Assembly: GCA_002104945.1 (NCBI GenBank)
Contig: MCFH01000002.1
Coordinates: 682,001 to 746,000, forward strand
Direction: 5' to 3'
DNA length: 64,000 bases
Origin: Piromyces finnis finn
Lineage: Eukaryota > Fungi > Neocallimastigomycota
Positions within the stretch are counted from its first letter, which is position 1. Every line of letters begins with the position of its first letter. Shown here in pieces: positions 1 through 14,821 of this stretch. The notes beneath the pieces were generated by a model. It was given only the letters and a program-made list of their open reading frames with translations. It had not been told where the DNA came from and did not search any database. Position numbers and translations under genes: made by a program.

Positions 1-2610
1 TCATTCAGAGAATTAGATAATTCATACTGTTTCTAAGTAAAACAAAGTCCAAGTCATCATATCATATATACTTAAAACAGAAAGAAAATACAAAAAAAAA
101 ATTAAAAAAAAAAAAAAAAACCAAATAATATCTTATAAAATTTTAATAACGCAATATTAAAAAATGAATATTATCTCTAATATTTATATATTTTGTCATT
201 AATAAAAATTAAAAAAATCAAAAAATCTAAAAAATACAAAATAATTAACCTACATTTAAAATATCTTCATTTTAATACATATATAAATAAAATATTTAGT
301 ATTTAAATAATGTAAAAGTTATTTTTTTTTAATTTACATATAATTAATCTATATAATTGTTAAAATATATATAATATATATTAATTTATTTAAATAAAAA
401 GTTAAATAATTCAATTTTTTTTATTTTTTTTTATTTTCGACTTTATACATAATATTTTGTACAATATATTTTATTTATTTAAATTAAAAGTAATTATAAA
501 GTATAGTTTAATTGTAAATGTGAAAAAAAGAAAGAAGTTAAGGAATAATCTTTATTAATAAAAATAAAACAAAAATAAAACTATACAAAAATATAATTGT
601 ATTAATTTATAATTGTTAACTTTTTTTTAGGTCATATATAATTTTACTTCCAATACATGTTACTTTCTTTTCCATTTAAATTTTTGAATATATATAAAAC
701 TAATTATTATTTTTTTTTTTTAAAAAAAAAAAAATTACCTTACAAGTATAAATAGAATAATAATTTTTTTTTTTTTTTTATAATTATTTATATTTCAATT
801 ATTGAAAGACAATGTAGCAAAATTGAAATGTTTTTATTAGAGAATTACTTTTTATATATATATATTAAATTCATAAAAATTTCTTTATATTTTTTATTTA
901 TACATAAAAGAGTTTAATGGATTGAAGTTTATTTTTATGTTATTTATCCTTCCATATTATTAATAATTTTATATATAAATATAAAACAAAAATGAAAATC
1001 TAAAAAAAATATTAATTATTTATTCCTTGATTTATATATATATATCAAATATATCAAATAACCTCTCTCTTTATTATTATTTTTTTTTTAAATAAATTCA
1101 TAATCATATTTGTAAAAAAAAGTCTTTTGAATTAATATTATATAATATATGGTATGTTGTCTAAATAGCATGGTAAAAGAAAAAAAAAACTCTAAATGAA
1201 CTAGTTGTAATTAAAATCTATGTCTTATTTAAAATTGCCTAAAAATTTTGTAACTATAAATTTTATTATATGTATGATACACATTAGCTAATAATCCTAG
1301 ATATTATAATTCGTAAAAAGAAACATAGATTATATATTAATCCAATCATTTAATGTTAATCACATGATTGTTTTTAAATTTTTAATGATTATTTTATAGA
1401 CGATTGGTTTAGTTTATTAATATAATCTTTATTAATTATTTTATATATTTATTGATTTTATACATAATTAAATCCATATATTACAAATAAACATTAATTA
1501 ATGTAAATGTAAATTATTAATAGATTTATGTTTCATTAATAAAGCATTTAAATTTGATGTTATAGACAAGATCCTTATAATATATATTAATTATATATAA
1601 TAAAAAAATGAATATATATATTATCAATATACATAAAATATATTTAAAAAATTTCTGAAAAAATTTAATCAATATTTAGATATCTTATTGAAGAATATAA
1701 TGTAAATAAACAATTATAAATATTCAAAGTCATCATATTTAATTATATTATTTAATAAATTTATTAGAAATTTACATATTTTTTCATTACCGTTTTTCTT
1801 TTATTATTTATATTTTCATTAAAGAGATTTTATATTCATAATATATATATACACATAATATTTCTATATTCTGTTCATCATTATATTTATTTATAATATT
1901 GAAAAGATAAGAAATTAAAGGAAATATATAGAAGAGTATATATTGTTTTTAATAAGTAAAACATTAGTTATAAAATTTCAACATCAATTCGATAAAAAAA
2001 ATTGAATAGAAATTGGTTAAATTATTATTCATTAACCAATGATAATATAGTCATATTTAAAGAATAGGTCAGTAATTGGTTTATATAATAATATAATTGC
2101 ATAATCCTTTTTTTGCTTTTTTTTTTTTTTTTAGCTTCAATTTATTCAACTTATTTTTTTTTTCAAGAAAACAACTAAAGAAAAATGTCTATTATTAGAG
2201 TATTGGATAATTCAATAATACTTTATAAAACTTGGAGTTAAAATGACATATTCTCTTTAAAACAATAAAAAAAAAAATTGAATAAATAAAAAAAATATAT
2301 TTTTATAGATAAATATTATTAATTTTTAAAAAATTAATAATTTGAATATAATCTTTTTATTAATAATTTATCACTAGTATATAAATAATGGCTAATTTAA
2401 ATTTACTATTTTATTCCCACATTCAACAATTTCTATTTGATTACTAATTCCTTTTAATTAATTTTATATTAAATAATAAAATGTTAATCAATTTAACTAA
2501 TATAAACTTTATTAATTATAATTATGATTTTTATATAAATTTGAAATTCAATAAATATATTGTGGATTATTCATTATTATATTAAAAAAGAAAACATTAA
2601 ATAAAATAAA

Positions 2611-5324
2611 ATGCCAAGAGTTCAAGGTTCAAAGGGTTTTACAAACTCTGAAATTAGACTTGTGTTAAAAGAAATTTTAACAATTTTACCACGTTCAGCA
2701 GAAGACTGGAAAAAGGTTTATGAAAATTGTAAGACTGAAGTTTCCAATTTCAATTTTCAACATCCAGACAGACCATTATCATTCAGAAAACAAGAAACTT
2801 TACGTAGAAAATATTCAGATATGATTGCTCTATCAAAAAAGAAAGATAGCAATTTAAGTAAGTAAAAACATGATTTTAATAAATAATCATTTACACCAAA
2901 ACAAAATAAATAATTTGTATATTAAGTATTTTTTAATAATAAATAATAAATCTTTATATATTTGTGATTTAAATATTAATTTATATTTTATATTGATAAA
3001 TAGTCGGTGACAAAGAATATATTAGATTATGTCATATTGCAAGCAGTATTCATACTCTTTGTGTTATTCGTTCTCCTGAAAAAACAAATTCTGCTATTAC
3101 TGATGCTGAAGTTAAAAAGAAGCAACAAGAAATTATGCTTTCATTACAATATGATAATTATTATAACCAAGGTAATTTCGGTCTTGGTGATTTTGGATTA
3201 GAAGACGAAAATAAATTAAGTCTTTTCCAATTATCCCAACATCGTCAATTTATACAACAATTCCAACGTCCAATTCAACCAAAAATAGATAATTCAAAAA
3301 TTTTATCTGGCTCAAAGGTAAAGATTTCTGCCATTTATAATACTTGATTTCTAATATTTATAATATATATTTAAATTATTTTAACCTATTAAAATTTTAA
3401 TATACTATATATATTAAATTATTGTATATATTTTTTTAAAAAAATGTTTTTATTTATCCCATATATAAATAATTCCTAAAAATTTAAGATCATGGAATCA
3501 GGATCATATAGTTCAGGATCAGGAAAATCTTCACCAATAATTTCTGGTACTCTTGAACAAAGCGGAATAGAAGCTAATAACGAAAGCATTGCATTATCAC
3601 AATACCAAGATGAACTTCAAAATAAAAAGAGAGGAACCGATGGTCAAGCACTTTCACCATATAATATGTCAAAAAGAATAAAGTATGGTAATACAGAAGA
3701 TTCATTATCTATGTTAATGCAAACTGCTATAAATCAAAACCATATTTCAAATGCTTCTCTTCCACAAGGTATATATATATATATATTCATATAATTATGA
3801 TAAAGAGAATATTATTACATTCATACTTTATTCATATTTATATTATTATTAATTTTTTTTATTATTTTATTTTATCCATTATATACTATTATATATCATT
3901 ATAATTTTGTTAAAATTTAATTATATTAGACATTGAATTTCTTGATAATGGTGAAAATAATATTGGTGTTCGTGAACAATTAAGATATATTATGAGTGTT
4001 GTTGAAAGTATGTACAGAAAAATTCAAAATATCGAAAATCAATTATATAAGGTTGATGTAATTACAAATCATTTAGATATCTTAGAAAGTAAGATATATT
4101 TATTATCTGCTAGTAAGAACGAAGCAAAACCTGAAGATAAAAAGAAAAAAAGTAAATATCATTTATAATTAATAATTTTTATACAAATTAATTTTGATGA
4201 CTAAAATTTGTTTTATATATATATATATTTAATAAAATTATAATTATTCAAAAAAAAAAAAATTATCATTTCTATTTTTTTTTTTATAAATATATAAAGA
4301 TCCTGTAACTGAAGCTTTATTTAATGGAAGTGCATCTACTTCAAAATCTTTATCATTAGCTAAAAATGTTGTTCTTAATAAAATTAATAGTACCATTACT
4401 CCAAATTCAGTTTCAAAATTAGTTTCCTCAAGTTTAGATACCATTGGTGTTAATAATATTAAAAATCCTATCCAATTATCACCAAAATCAAGAGGAAGAG
4501 TTCAATTTTTCGAAGACACTTTTGGTTTAAAATTAAATTTAAGTGGTAAATTAGACCCAGATTTTAATGTATCTGATTCAAAGGTATCAAATATGATTTT
4601 ATTACCAGAAACCATGGAAAATCTTCGTCAATTTAGAAAAGATTATGGAAATTATTTAACGCCAAAATCATTAGAAAGAATAAATGAATTTGAAGCACAA
4701 TATGCCAAAACCAATGCTTTAAACAGTGAATTATTTAAAACAGTAAGTGCTTTAGGAGCTGCAAGTGATGCTGCTGCCGCAGCTGTAGCTGTTCCAGCTA
4801 CTACTTCCGCTGCTGTTCTTGATATTAATAGAAATAAATTAGAAGGTGAACTTCCTGTTGCTTCAACCACTTCTCCAAACGAAAATGCTGCTTCAATTTC
4901 AATAATAAATAAAGTAAATATTACTGAAAATCAAGTTGCCACTATGGAAGATCAAGAAGAATCTAAAGAAAATCAAGATATTACTGTTAATGATGCTACT
5001 ATCGCTACTGCTACAATTACAGATTCTACCATGGCAGTTGATGAAGGTAAGGAAGAAGAAGAAGAAGAAGAAGAGGAGGAGGAGGAAGAGGAAGAAGAAG
5101 AAGAAGAAGATGAAGGTGAAGAAGAAGAAGATGAAGAAGAAACTCAGCAAGAAACTCAATCAGAAGATGCTTCTCCAAAAAATGAAATTAATCGTGATAT
5201 AAAGAGAGAAGTAAAAATAGAATTACAAGATGCAACTTCATCACCGAGTGTCTTAGTAGAAACTACTGATACTCCTGAAGTTCAGGAAACCTATACAACA
5301 TCTGGTAGCATTATGGGTCTATAA
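2611..5324 (+). CDS. Hypothetical protein: N-terminal Myb/SANT-like (DUF6818-like) domain, central coiled coil, Ala/Thr-rich segment and poly-Glu acidic tail; 5 exons
   Basis: Exons 2611-2857, 3004-3317, 3489-3768, ~3930-4151 and ~4300-5324 join through GT-AG introns with matching phases and link the track ORFs at 2611, 3135, 3492 and 4593. The N-terminus GFTNSEIRLVLKEILTILPRSAEDWKKV...RKQETLRRKY resembles the DUF6818 pattern as I recall it. Confidence 0.7.
5053..5140 (+). repeat. Coding (GAA/GAG)n repeat encoding poly-Glu
   Basis: Read directly from the sequence and the 4593 ORF translation. Confidence 0.9.
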
Positions 5325-6124
5325 ACATACCATACATAAATTTCGTATTCTTTTATTATTATTATTATTAATTTTTACTATAATTTTATAATCTTTACAT
5401 TTAAATAAATTAAAATATAGCCATCTTTTTAATTTTTTTTCACCACTATTTTCTTATATTTTATGTTTTTTTTAGTATTTTTTTCTTTTTTTTTTTTTTT
5501 TTTTTTGATTTTTACTTTTTACTCTTACTTTTTCATAATAATAGCAATAAATTTTTATAATAATTATATTCATTACTACATAATTTTCAGAAATTATAGT
5601 GCAAATAAAATCTTATATTAAAAAATATATATAAATATAAATTTTTTTTTATATTTAATATACTCTTGCAATAAATAAAATCTTATAAATGATATTTGAT
5701 GTTTTTTCTTTCTTTCTTTCTTTTAATTTTTCAACAAACGTTTTATATCCCAAAAATAATTATAATTTTTAATGCTTATGTCAACATCCACATTTTAAAT
5801 CTTAAATTCAAATTTAAATGTATACATAAAAAATCATTGTACAAACACAAAATGCATGGTTCCAATCAGGAGAATAAATTATTTATTTAATAATCAAACT
5901 TTAATGTATACAATATATACAATGATGATTAAGAATATAATTTATGAAAAAATATCATAAAAATATCATATAATGAATTTATAATTATAATCCTATAAAC
6001 TTTTTATTATTACATATTCAATATTTTCAATAGTTTTAAAAGTATATAAAAATAATAAAAAAAAAAAGGAAAACTTTTTTTTTACTTAATATTTAAATAA
6101 TAAAAATATAAATATCTTTTATAC

Positions 6125-6139
6125 TATTACTACTACTAC

Positions 6140-6190
<51 letters not shown>
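6125..6190. repeat. (TAC)n/(TAT)n microsatellite
   Basis: Read directly from the sequence. Confidence 0.95.
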
Positions 6191-6191
<1 letters not shown>

Positions 6192-6386
6192 ACAAAATAA
6201 TTCTATTGAAAGATTTTATTTTTATAATTATGTAAAAATTAAAATATATATATATAATTATATTATTTCTACCAATGAAATTTAAGTAAAATCTTTAAAA
6301 AAAAAAAAAAAAATCGAAAATTTTTAAAATTTCATAAAAAATTTTTTTCTTGTTTTATTAAATTATACACTATATATATACATAAA

Positions 6387-8135
6387 ATGGCTAACGCAAG
6401 AAGACAAAAGAAAATAAAGAACACTGTTGTTGAAGAAGAAAAGGAAGAAAAGGGTAAATTTCCTGGAACAGTCGATATTTTCAAAAAAAAGATTATTTAT
6501 ATTTAAAGCCTTAAAAAAACAGTAAAATTTTAAATGTTAAATTGATGAGGATATTTGCAAACTATGAAATTTTTTACTTTTTTTTTTTTGAGAAAGAAAA
6601 AAGTTACCCTCAATGATATTTTTTTCATACAAATTCAAATAACATTATTTTATATTATTCAAACTTATATTCATTTGATATTTATAGAATTGAACTAAAG
6701 CAATAATGATGAAAAAAAAAAAGTTTTTATTTAAATTTAAAATGTAACAAATTGTAAATCTAAATCATTTAAAAAAAAAATAGCTATAATAATTATAATT
6801 AGATTTAAAAAAAAAAAAACTAAAAGAATTAAAAAGATTCAGTAGTGTTCAATTAAAAATATTTTTTATTTATTTTATATGTTTAATCAAATTCATAATT
6901 TTAATCAGCTAATATATTTATTTTTTTTATTAATAAAAAAATTTTTTTTTGTATATATATCAATACCTTGTAGTTGAAACACCAATTACCAAGGAAAAAA
7001 CTGAAGAAAATGATTTAGAATATTTCAAGGATGTTGCTGAATCTGAAGAAGAAAGTGATTCTGAAGAAAGTGAAGAAGAAGAAGAAAACAAAGAAGAAGA
7101 AGAAGAAAAAGATGAATTCCAAAAAGGTGATAAAATTATTGCTTTAAACCCAGAAGATGAAGAAAAAATTAAAAATCGTGTAAAGGATATTAAGCCAAAA
7201 TCTGAAGTAATTATCAAAAGTTATATATAATATAAGAATTATATAAAAATCAATTTAATAAATTAATTGAATAGTAATAGTCTTAAAAAGGAATAATACA
7301 GAATATTAATACTAATTATGCAATTGTAATTAAATTTAAAATATTATATTACAATAAAAAAAAAGGATAATAAGGTTAAACCAGGTGTTATTTTCCTTAG
7401 TCATATTCCACACGGTTTCTATGAAAAGCAAATGAAAGAATACTTTACCCAATTTGGTGATGTCACTAGATTACGTCTTTCAAGAAACAAGAAGGTATGA
7501 ATATAAATTAAGAATTAAAAGGCATATAAATTTCATTAATATTAATAAAATTATTATTATTTATTATAATAATATGATTATATTTTATCAAATTCAAATA
7601 ATAATATTTTGTATTATGATTAATTAGACTGGTAAGTCTAAGCACTATGCTTACATTGAATTCAAAAATGCTGAAGTTGCCAAAATTGTTGCCGAAACTA
7701 TGAATAATTATCTTTTATATAGCCATGTATTAAAGTGTAGTGTTGTTCCAGAAGATAAACTCCACCCAGATACTTTTGTTGGTGCTAACAAAAAATTCAA
7801 GGTTATACCTTGGGCAAAAATTGAAAGAGAAAAGCAACAACAATTAAAATCTGGTGCTAAATATCAAAAGAATGTAAAGAGTTTATTAAAGAGAGATGAA
7901 AAGAAGAGAAAGAGATTACAAGAACTTGGTATAGATTATGAATTTAATGGCTATGTATGTATTTTTTTAGGTTTAAACTATAATGATATTAAAATATAAA
8001 TAATATATAATTTGGTTTAATATGATTAATTAATTCTTTTTTTTTTTTTTTTTTTTTATAAAATAAAAATATTAAATATTATGATAATAGGCTGCCAATG
8101 TTAAAAAGCAAGCTAAGCACACTAAATTCGAATAG
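6387..8135 (+). CDS. NOP15: Nucleolar RRM protein Nop15/NIFK (60S biogenesis)
   Basis: Spliced product has an acidic N-terminus, then PGVIFLSHIPHGFYEKQMKEYFTQFGDVTRLRLSRNKK|TGKSKHYAYIEFKNAEVAKIVAETMNNYLL, which is the Nop15 RRM signature. ATG at 6387 in an aaaATG context; the last exon 8091-8135 ends in TAG. Confidence 0.92.
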
Positions 8136-9840
8136 ATATTTAATATCTAATTACTTTAATAGTAATAATAACTTAATAATCAATGATGATAATTTTAAAG
8201 AAAAGAAACTATTAGTTAAAAAAAAAAAGTGTTTCATTTATATATAAATTTATATTAATTTTATTCTAATTATCAATTCAATATTTATATTAATTTATAT
8301 TAACATACAAAAAAAGAAAGATTGCTCTATTTAAAAGATATATAAAAAAAGAAACACTGATTTTTTTTTTTTTTTTATTACATTTCTTAAAAGTCTATTT
8401 GTTATTAATATTATTTTACTATTTTTTTTTTTTATTTTTATTATTACTAAAAAAGACAATAAGTATTTATTAGATAAACTCTTCTCAAAGTATTTATTAT
8501 TTTAATTTATCGTTAAGATTAGAGACCACTTTTATTAAGTCAATTAATAATAATAAAAAGGTTTAGAATATATATGATATATAATTCAAAATTTTATTAA
8601 TTTAATTATTAATCATTAAAAAAAAAAAGATATAAATAAAAAAAAATTAAAAAAATATTTGTTCCTTTTCTTTTAACAATTTTTATATTTTTTTCACTAT
8701 AAAATAAAAGGTTTTTTTTTTATTTTTAGCTTTAAGACAAGATATTTTTATTCTTTATAGCCATAGATATTTATATTTTAAGAGAATAATTCTTTCATTA
8801 AAATAAAAATAATTTAATATAAACAACATTTAGACACTTTGGTTTTTGAGTTTCTTAATAAAAAATATTTATATTCAAAAACTCTTTTTTTCATTTGTTT
8901 TCCAAATGATATTAACACTTTTTTTTTTTTTAAAAAAATTCTTAAAAACATTTTCAGAACTTCTATATATATCGAAAGTTATTTCTTTTTTTTCTTTTTT
9001 TTTTTTAAATATTTAAACTAATATTGAAATCTTCACTTGAAGGAAATCTTTACCTAATTCGATTGAATTTTAGCATAAAAAAAAAAAAGTTTATTATTAA
9101 AATAATTTATTCTTTTAACCGACATATTTTTCCATAAATAATAATTATAATAATAATGATATTAATAAATAAATAAAAAATAGGGTTAAAACCTTCAAAA
9201 ATAAATAAATAAATAAATAAAAATACTAATTGAAAATAGGTCTATGTATATTTCAAAATTCAAATTATTTTTTAAAATTCACAATTTCCATTACATATAT
9301 GAATAATTATCATTATTTATATAAACATTAAGCTACTATCCAAATTATTATTACTCGTAAAATAAATTAAATATTGATTTCATATTATAGACATAATGAA
9401 TTGTTAATTGAAAAATGTATCAATTAATACATAATACAAAATCATATTTCATTATTTTGATGATTTTACATGTTATGAAGGCTAATCCATTTAGAACAAA
9501 GTTTAAAAAAAATATTTTTTTTTTCATTATTTTATTTTTTAACAGAAATTTTTCTTATAATTGGGTATATATCAAGCCAACTAAGGTGACTATAACATTG
9601 TTACAACTTTATAGCCTGTAAAGTTTAATTTTCTATATGTTATTAATCTTATATTATTTGCCCTTTTATTCAATATATCTTTCATCTACTCAATCAGAAC
9701 TGCTTTTTTTTTCATTTTACTAAAAAATTTTTTGTTTTGATAATTAATATATAATATAATAAAAGAATTATTTTTAAAATTTTAAAAGTATCGATTATTC
9801 TTTAGCAATAAATAAAGTAAACAAAAGTGGGTTTTTTTCA

Positions 9841-9869
9841 TTTATTTATTTATTTACTTATTTATTTAC

Positions 9870-9904
<35 letters not shown>

Positions 9905-9909
9905 CTTAC

Positions 9910-9948
<39 letters not shown>

Positions 9949-9950
9949 TT
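9841..9950. repeat. (TTTA)n microsatellite with TTAC variants
   Basis: Read directly from the sequence. Confidence 0.95.
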
Positions 9951-11179
9951 TCAATTAAACATTTAATTTAAATGTTATTTACACAAGTCTATATATAAAT
10001 TTCAAAATTTTAATTTTAGTTATTTATATCAATATATGGCTTAATATAAAGTATCCATTTATAGTTAGTATTATAAATATGTATTCTTTATATATTAGTT
10101 TATAATTATTTTTAATTTATTTTTCTATGGTAATACTAATTGTATCATAAATATATAAGATTTTATATTATGAATATAAATCTTATATATATATATTTTT
10201 AATAAAAGTCATACACCTTTTGTATTCTATATATAATATATATAATATATTAATTAAATATTCTTATATTAATAATTTCATAAAATATTTCATTATCAAT
10301 TTCCTAATTATTTATTAAAAAAAAAAAAAGTTTATATTGTTCGAGAAAGATAATATATTTTCAAATTGATTATAATAAATTGTTATAAATATATTGATAA
10401 AATAAAAATTAAAATTTATTTACTTTTATTTTTAAAAAAAAAAAAAAAAAATATTGACATTTATTATAATAAAAAAAGACATTTTAAAAAAATTACTGAC
10501 ATTACTTTTTTTCGTAATTCTTGATAATTTGAAAAAGAGAAATAGAAAATATACAAATAAACAAACAAGAAAAAAAATAAATAATTTTTTAAAAAAGGAA
10601 TTAAATATTAAATAACATTCATATTAAACAATCATAATAGAATTATCTCAACATAGAGAATTTTCAACCATGGTTACCTGTTTATTTTTTATAGCATAGA
10701 TAAAACAACTTAAAAATTTAAGTAAATAAATAATAGTAAAAAAAAACGTATTATGTAATATTATTTTTTCATATTCATAATCATTAAAAAGCAAAAGATA
10801 TAAATCCTCGCTCTTTTATTCAACATTTAATAAAAGTATAATTCAACAATTTCTTTTTATAATTTTCTAAACAAAACATTAAAACAATTTTACGTATTAG
10901 TCATAAAACAAAAAAGGAAAGGGAAAAAGTATAGAAAAAGGTAAAAATAAAAAAAAAAGGAAATAATAATTTATGTTTTCAAATTATTGTTTTTAATAAA
11001 AAGTTTTAACGATGTTTCAATAACTATTACATATTTTCATTATTCAATGTGGATATCATTCATATTTATTAAACATATTATATATAAATATTAAATATAT
11101 ATAGCATTATTATTTAAAAGCATTCATTTATGAAATTCTAATAAAAGCATAAAAACTTTATAAACCGCATTAAAAAAAA

Positions 11180-11319
11180 ATGAAGACATATAATAGACAG
11201 AAAACTGTAAAATATTAATTCTTCTTATTATTATTATTAGTATTATTATTTTATATCTTTAATGCTCTTTATATGATAGGGTGATAAGGAATATTAATTA
11301 AATTGTAATTAATAAAAAA

Positions 11320-11350
<31 letters not shown>

Positions 11351-13961
11351 GTATACTAGAATTTGGATTCAGATCTTTTAAAATATTTAAGATCTTCAAA
11401 TATTAACTCTATTGGAGGATATCATATTGGAAAAACTGTTGGAAAAGGTATATATGATGTATTAAAATAATAATCTATTAATATTGTTTTTTTTTTTTTT
11501 TTTTATTTTAATGAAAAAATATTTAATTTATATTGATTAATAGGCTCATTTGGTAAAGTGAAACTTGGAATTCATAAATTAACTGGACAAAAGGTAAAAA
11601 TTAAAGAGTATATTGTAATAAAATAAAAAAAATGTCTAAATAATTGTTTTAATATATTTATAAAAAAAATATTTTAAAGGTAGCAATAAAGATTGTTGAT
11701 AAAATTCATGCACCTATTGTAGCAAGAGAAATCGAAACTTGGAGACATTTAATTCATCCAAATATTGTTCAATTATATGAAGTCCTCACTTCAGAAACCA
11801 AAATATTTATGGTTATAGAATATGCAGAAGAAGGTGAATTATTTGATTTTATCACAAAATATGGTAGATTAGATGAAAAGAGTGTCACAGCAAAAACACT
11901 TTTTAGGCAATTAGTTGAAGCAGTAAGTTATTGTCATCAAAAAAATTTCGTTCATAGGTAATCATTTTAATCAATAAAAAAAAGTTTAAAAAAAAAATTT
12001 TTTTTCAAATACTAATCAAATAAAATTGAAATATATATAATATATATGTAATATATTAAAATTGAAAATTACATACTCAATAGAGATTTAAAATTGGAAA
12101 ATGTATTATTGAATAGTGATTTTAATATAAAATTAAGTGATTTTGGTTTTACAAAAGAATTTTCAAAATCAAAATTATTAGATACGTATTGTGGATCAGT
12201 AGCATATGCAGCACCAGGTAAAAATTAATCATTTTTATAATGATTAAAAAATGATAAAAATGTAGCATTTAATATACAAAAAATAATTATATTAATACAT
12301 ATTTAATGTGTTTCATTATAAACATTAGAGATGATATCAGGAAAACAATATAATGGTCCAGGTGCTGATATTTGGTCATTAGGTGTTATCCTTTATACTA
12401 TGGTTTGTGGTACATTGCCATTTGATGATGAAGCTGATGTAGTTATTCATCAAAAAATTTTAAATTTAAAATATGAATTTCCTGATTTTATATCTGATGG
12501 TATATATACATAATATATATAAATATAATATATATAAATATATATAAATATTTATTTTTTCTATGTTATGTTTACAAATAAACACAGTAAAAATAATATT
12601 AATAATAATGTTTTTTTTTTTTATTATTATTTTTATATTAAATGTAATAGATTGTAAAGATTTAATTTCGAAAATTTTAAAAGTTGAACCATCTGAAAGA
12701 ATTTCAATTGAAGAAATTTTAGAGCACCCATGGATGCAATTACCACCAGAAGAAAGTGAATATCAGTCCTCAAGTGTACTATCTTCATTGACTACTGTAA
12801 ATTCTAGTTTTACAAAATTAAATAGTCAGTCCGATATTAATAGTAAATCTATGGATAATATAGAAGTAAATCAGGATTCTTCCATAAAAACAAGTACACA
12901 ATCACTTGATAGTAAACAATCGTTAACTAATTCTAATAATGAAAATGATACAAGTAATAATAATTGCAGTAATAATTCTATTCATAGTAAATCATCAAAA
13001 AATAATAGTATTAGTAGTATGACCAGCTGTAATTCTATAAATAAATGTAATAATAAAAATATACTATCATTGAAAAAAGATCACAAAAGAGAAACAAAGA
13101 ATTTATATCTTAATATTCAAAAAGATAAAAATAGTAGTGTTGTTTTAAATGATAAAGATAGAAAACTTCTTGAGAAATTAGAATTACTTGGCCTTAATAC
13201 CAGTGCAATAATAGAATCTGTTAAAAATCATTCTTGTAACGAATTAAGTGCCACTTATTATTTACTTATGAAGAAACAAGAAAATGAAAACAACAACGAA
13301 GAGGATGAAAAAATATTTTGTCCTTCAGCCACACCATGGGCAGTTGGTACCAAAAATAATAAATATGACTTCCAACCCATGTCAGCACCAATTCGATCAT
13401 CATTTACTACCAATATGAATAATAGATATCTTTGGGCCACAGGAACAAGAAAAGATTATATTAATGGAGTAATGAAAAAAAGTTCAAAATTAAGTACTAT
13501 AACTCAAAAACAAGTTTTAAATAGAACCTATAATAATCAAATGAATGATGATTCCCCGATAAAATATAATAATAATAACTTATCTTCCAGTATCAATTCA
13601 ACTTCAACGACTTTTAACAATCTAAAATTTAATAAACTAAAATCACCAGATGATCCAATTTCTAATACACCTTCAACAATATCGAATACCCTAAATACAA
13701 ATCAAATAAGAGAAGAAGATGAAGAAAAAATAGAAAGCAATAGTTTTAACCCAAAAAATTCATCTAACGATATACCTAGTATTAACCAAGGTCGTTCTTT
13801 ATTAACAGCACATATATTACAAAGTCAAAATTTAAATAATTCAGAATCAACATCTTCAACTGTATTATCTCCAAGTGATCGTTTTAAAAAGGATTTCATT
13901 AAACCAGAATCGTCAATTAATTCAATTGTATCATGTGACAATGAAATAATATTTAGCAGTA

Positions 13962-14032
<71 letters not shown>

Positions 14033-14821
14033 TTCAATGGTGGTATAACGATCCATAATATTAATGGTTCTTCACGGACCTATTCTCCATTCTCTGGTAG
14101 ATCAAAACCTAAAAAATATACTCTACCAAATAGTTTCCCTAATCATTTAATGACAGAAGACTCCAAAAATGATAATTATAGTAACTTAATTAGTGTTGAT
14201 GAAGAAGCAGAAGGATATGAAGAAGAAGAATTAAGTTCATCCTACAGTCCTGTTCTTAAATGTAAAGCCTATCCTGTTGATGCACTTGATCATTCACCAT
14301 TAATTTTAAATAATATGATTGATATTGGAGAAGAAGAAGAGGAAGACGAAGAAAATGGCGTCACTAATAGCATTAATAAAAAAACCTGTAATAATAGTAA
14401 GGATTCTGATATTCAAAAAAAGCCAGCATTGCCAACTCAAAATGAATTAGATCCTTCCAATACTTTTGACAAATATGTCAAAGAAAAATATAGTTCTAGT
14501 CCATATGGTAGGAATTCAGGTTCAACAACCACCATTAATGCTAATAATTTAAATAATAAATCCGTAAATGATTTTACATCCTCTCCACGATTTATCAACT
14601 ATACCAACACACAACTTTCTAATTTTTCACAATTTTATTCACCAACACAAAATAATGATAATATGATTAAATTAGATATACCAGATAAATTTATAGCTAA
14701 ATCTACCATTAGTTGTAGTAGTAGTGGTATGAGTGAAACTTCTGGATATAATAATGATGATTATATGAATTATTTCCATCAACCAGAAGCTAATCAAACA
14801 AATAATAGAACAAGTTATTAA
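11180..14821 (+). CDS. Ser/Thr protein kinase, CAMKL/AMPK-related (Ppk16/MARK-like), with UBA domain and long Asn/Ser-rich tail
   Basis: Exons give GKTVGKG|SFGKVK, VAIK, HR|[18 protein letters not shown]|E and DIWSLG. A UBA-like stretch follows ([35 protein letters not shown]). The first exon, 11180-11206 (MKTYNRQKT), is inferred from phase and aaaATG context. Confidence 0.9.
13962..14033 (+). repeat. Coding (AAT)n repeat encoding poly-Asn in the kinase tail
   Basis: Read directly from the sequence and the ORF translation. Confidence 0.95.

Noticed and set aside
1-2600. First 2.6 kb searched for genes, RNA genes and arrays
   Set aside because: Only homopolymer and AT-repeat intergenic sequence; no supportable feature. 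No CRISPR array, rRNA or intact transposase was seen anywhere in the window.
4244-5202. Overlapping ORFs at 4244, 4652, 4899 (minus) and 4936 (plus)
   Set aside because: They are antisense or alternate-frame shadows of the real exon and its GAA repeat.
6540-6860. Possible C/D-box snoRNA in NOP15 intron 1 (TGATGA at ~6543 and ~6706; short TTGAAC/GTTCAA complement)
   Set aside because: There is no CTGA D box at a suitable distance, and such matches are expected by chance in AT-rich DNA.
8839-9621. Short ORFs at 8839 and 9415
   Set aside because: Low-complexity F/I/K/N translations of intergenic DNA with no motifs and no coherent splice structure.
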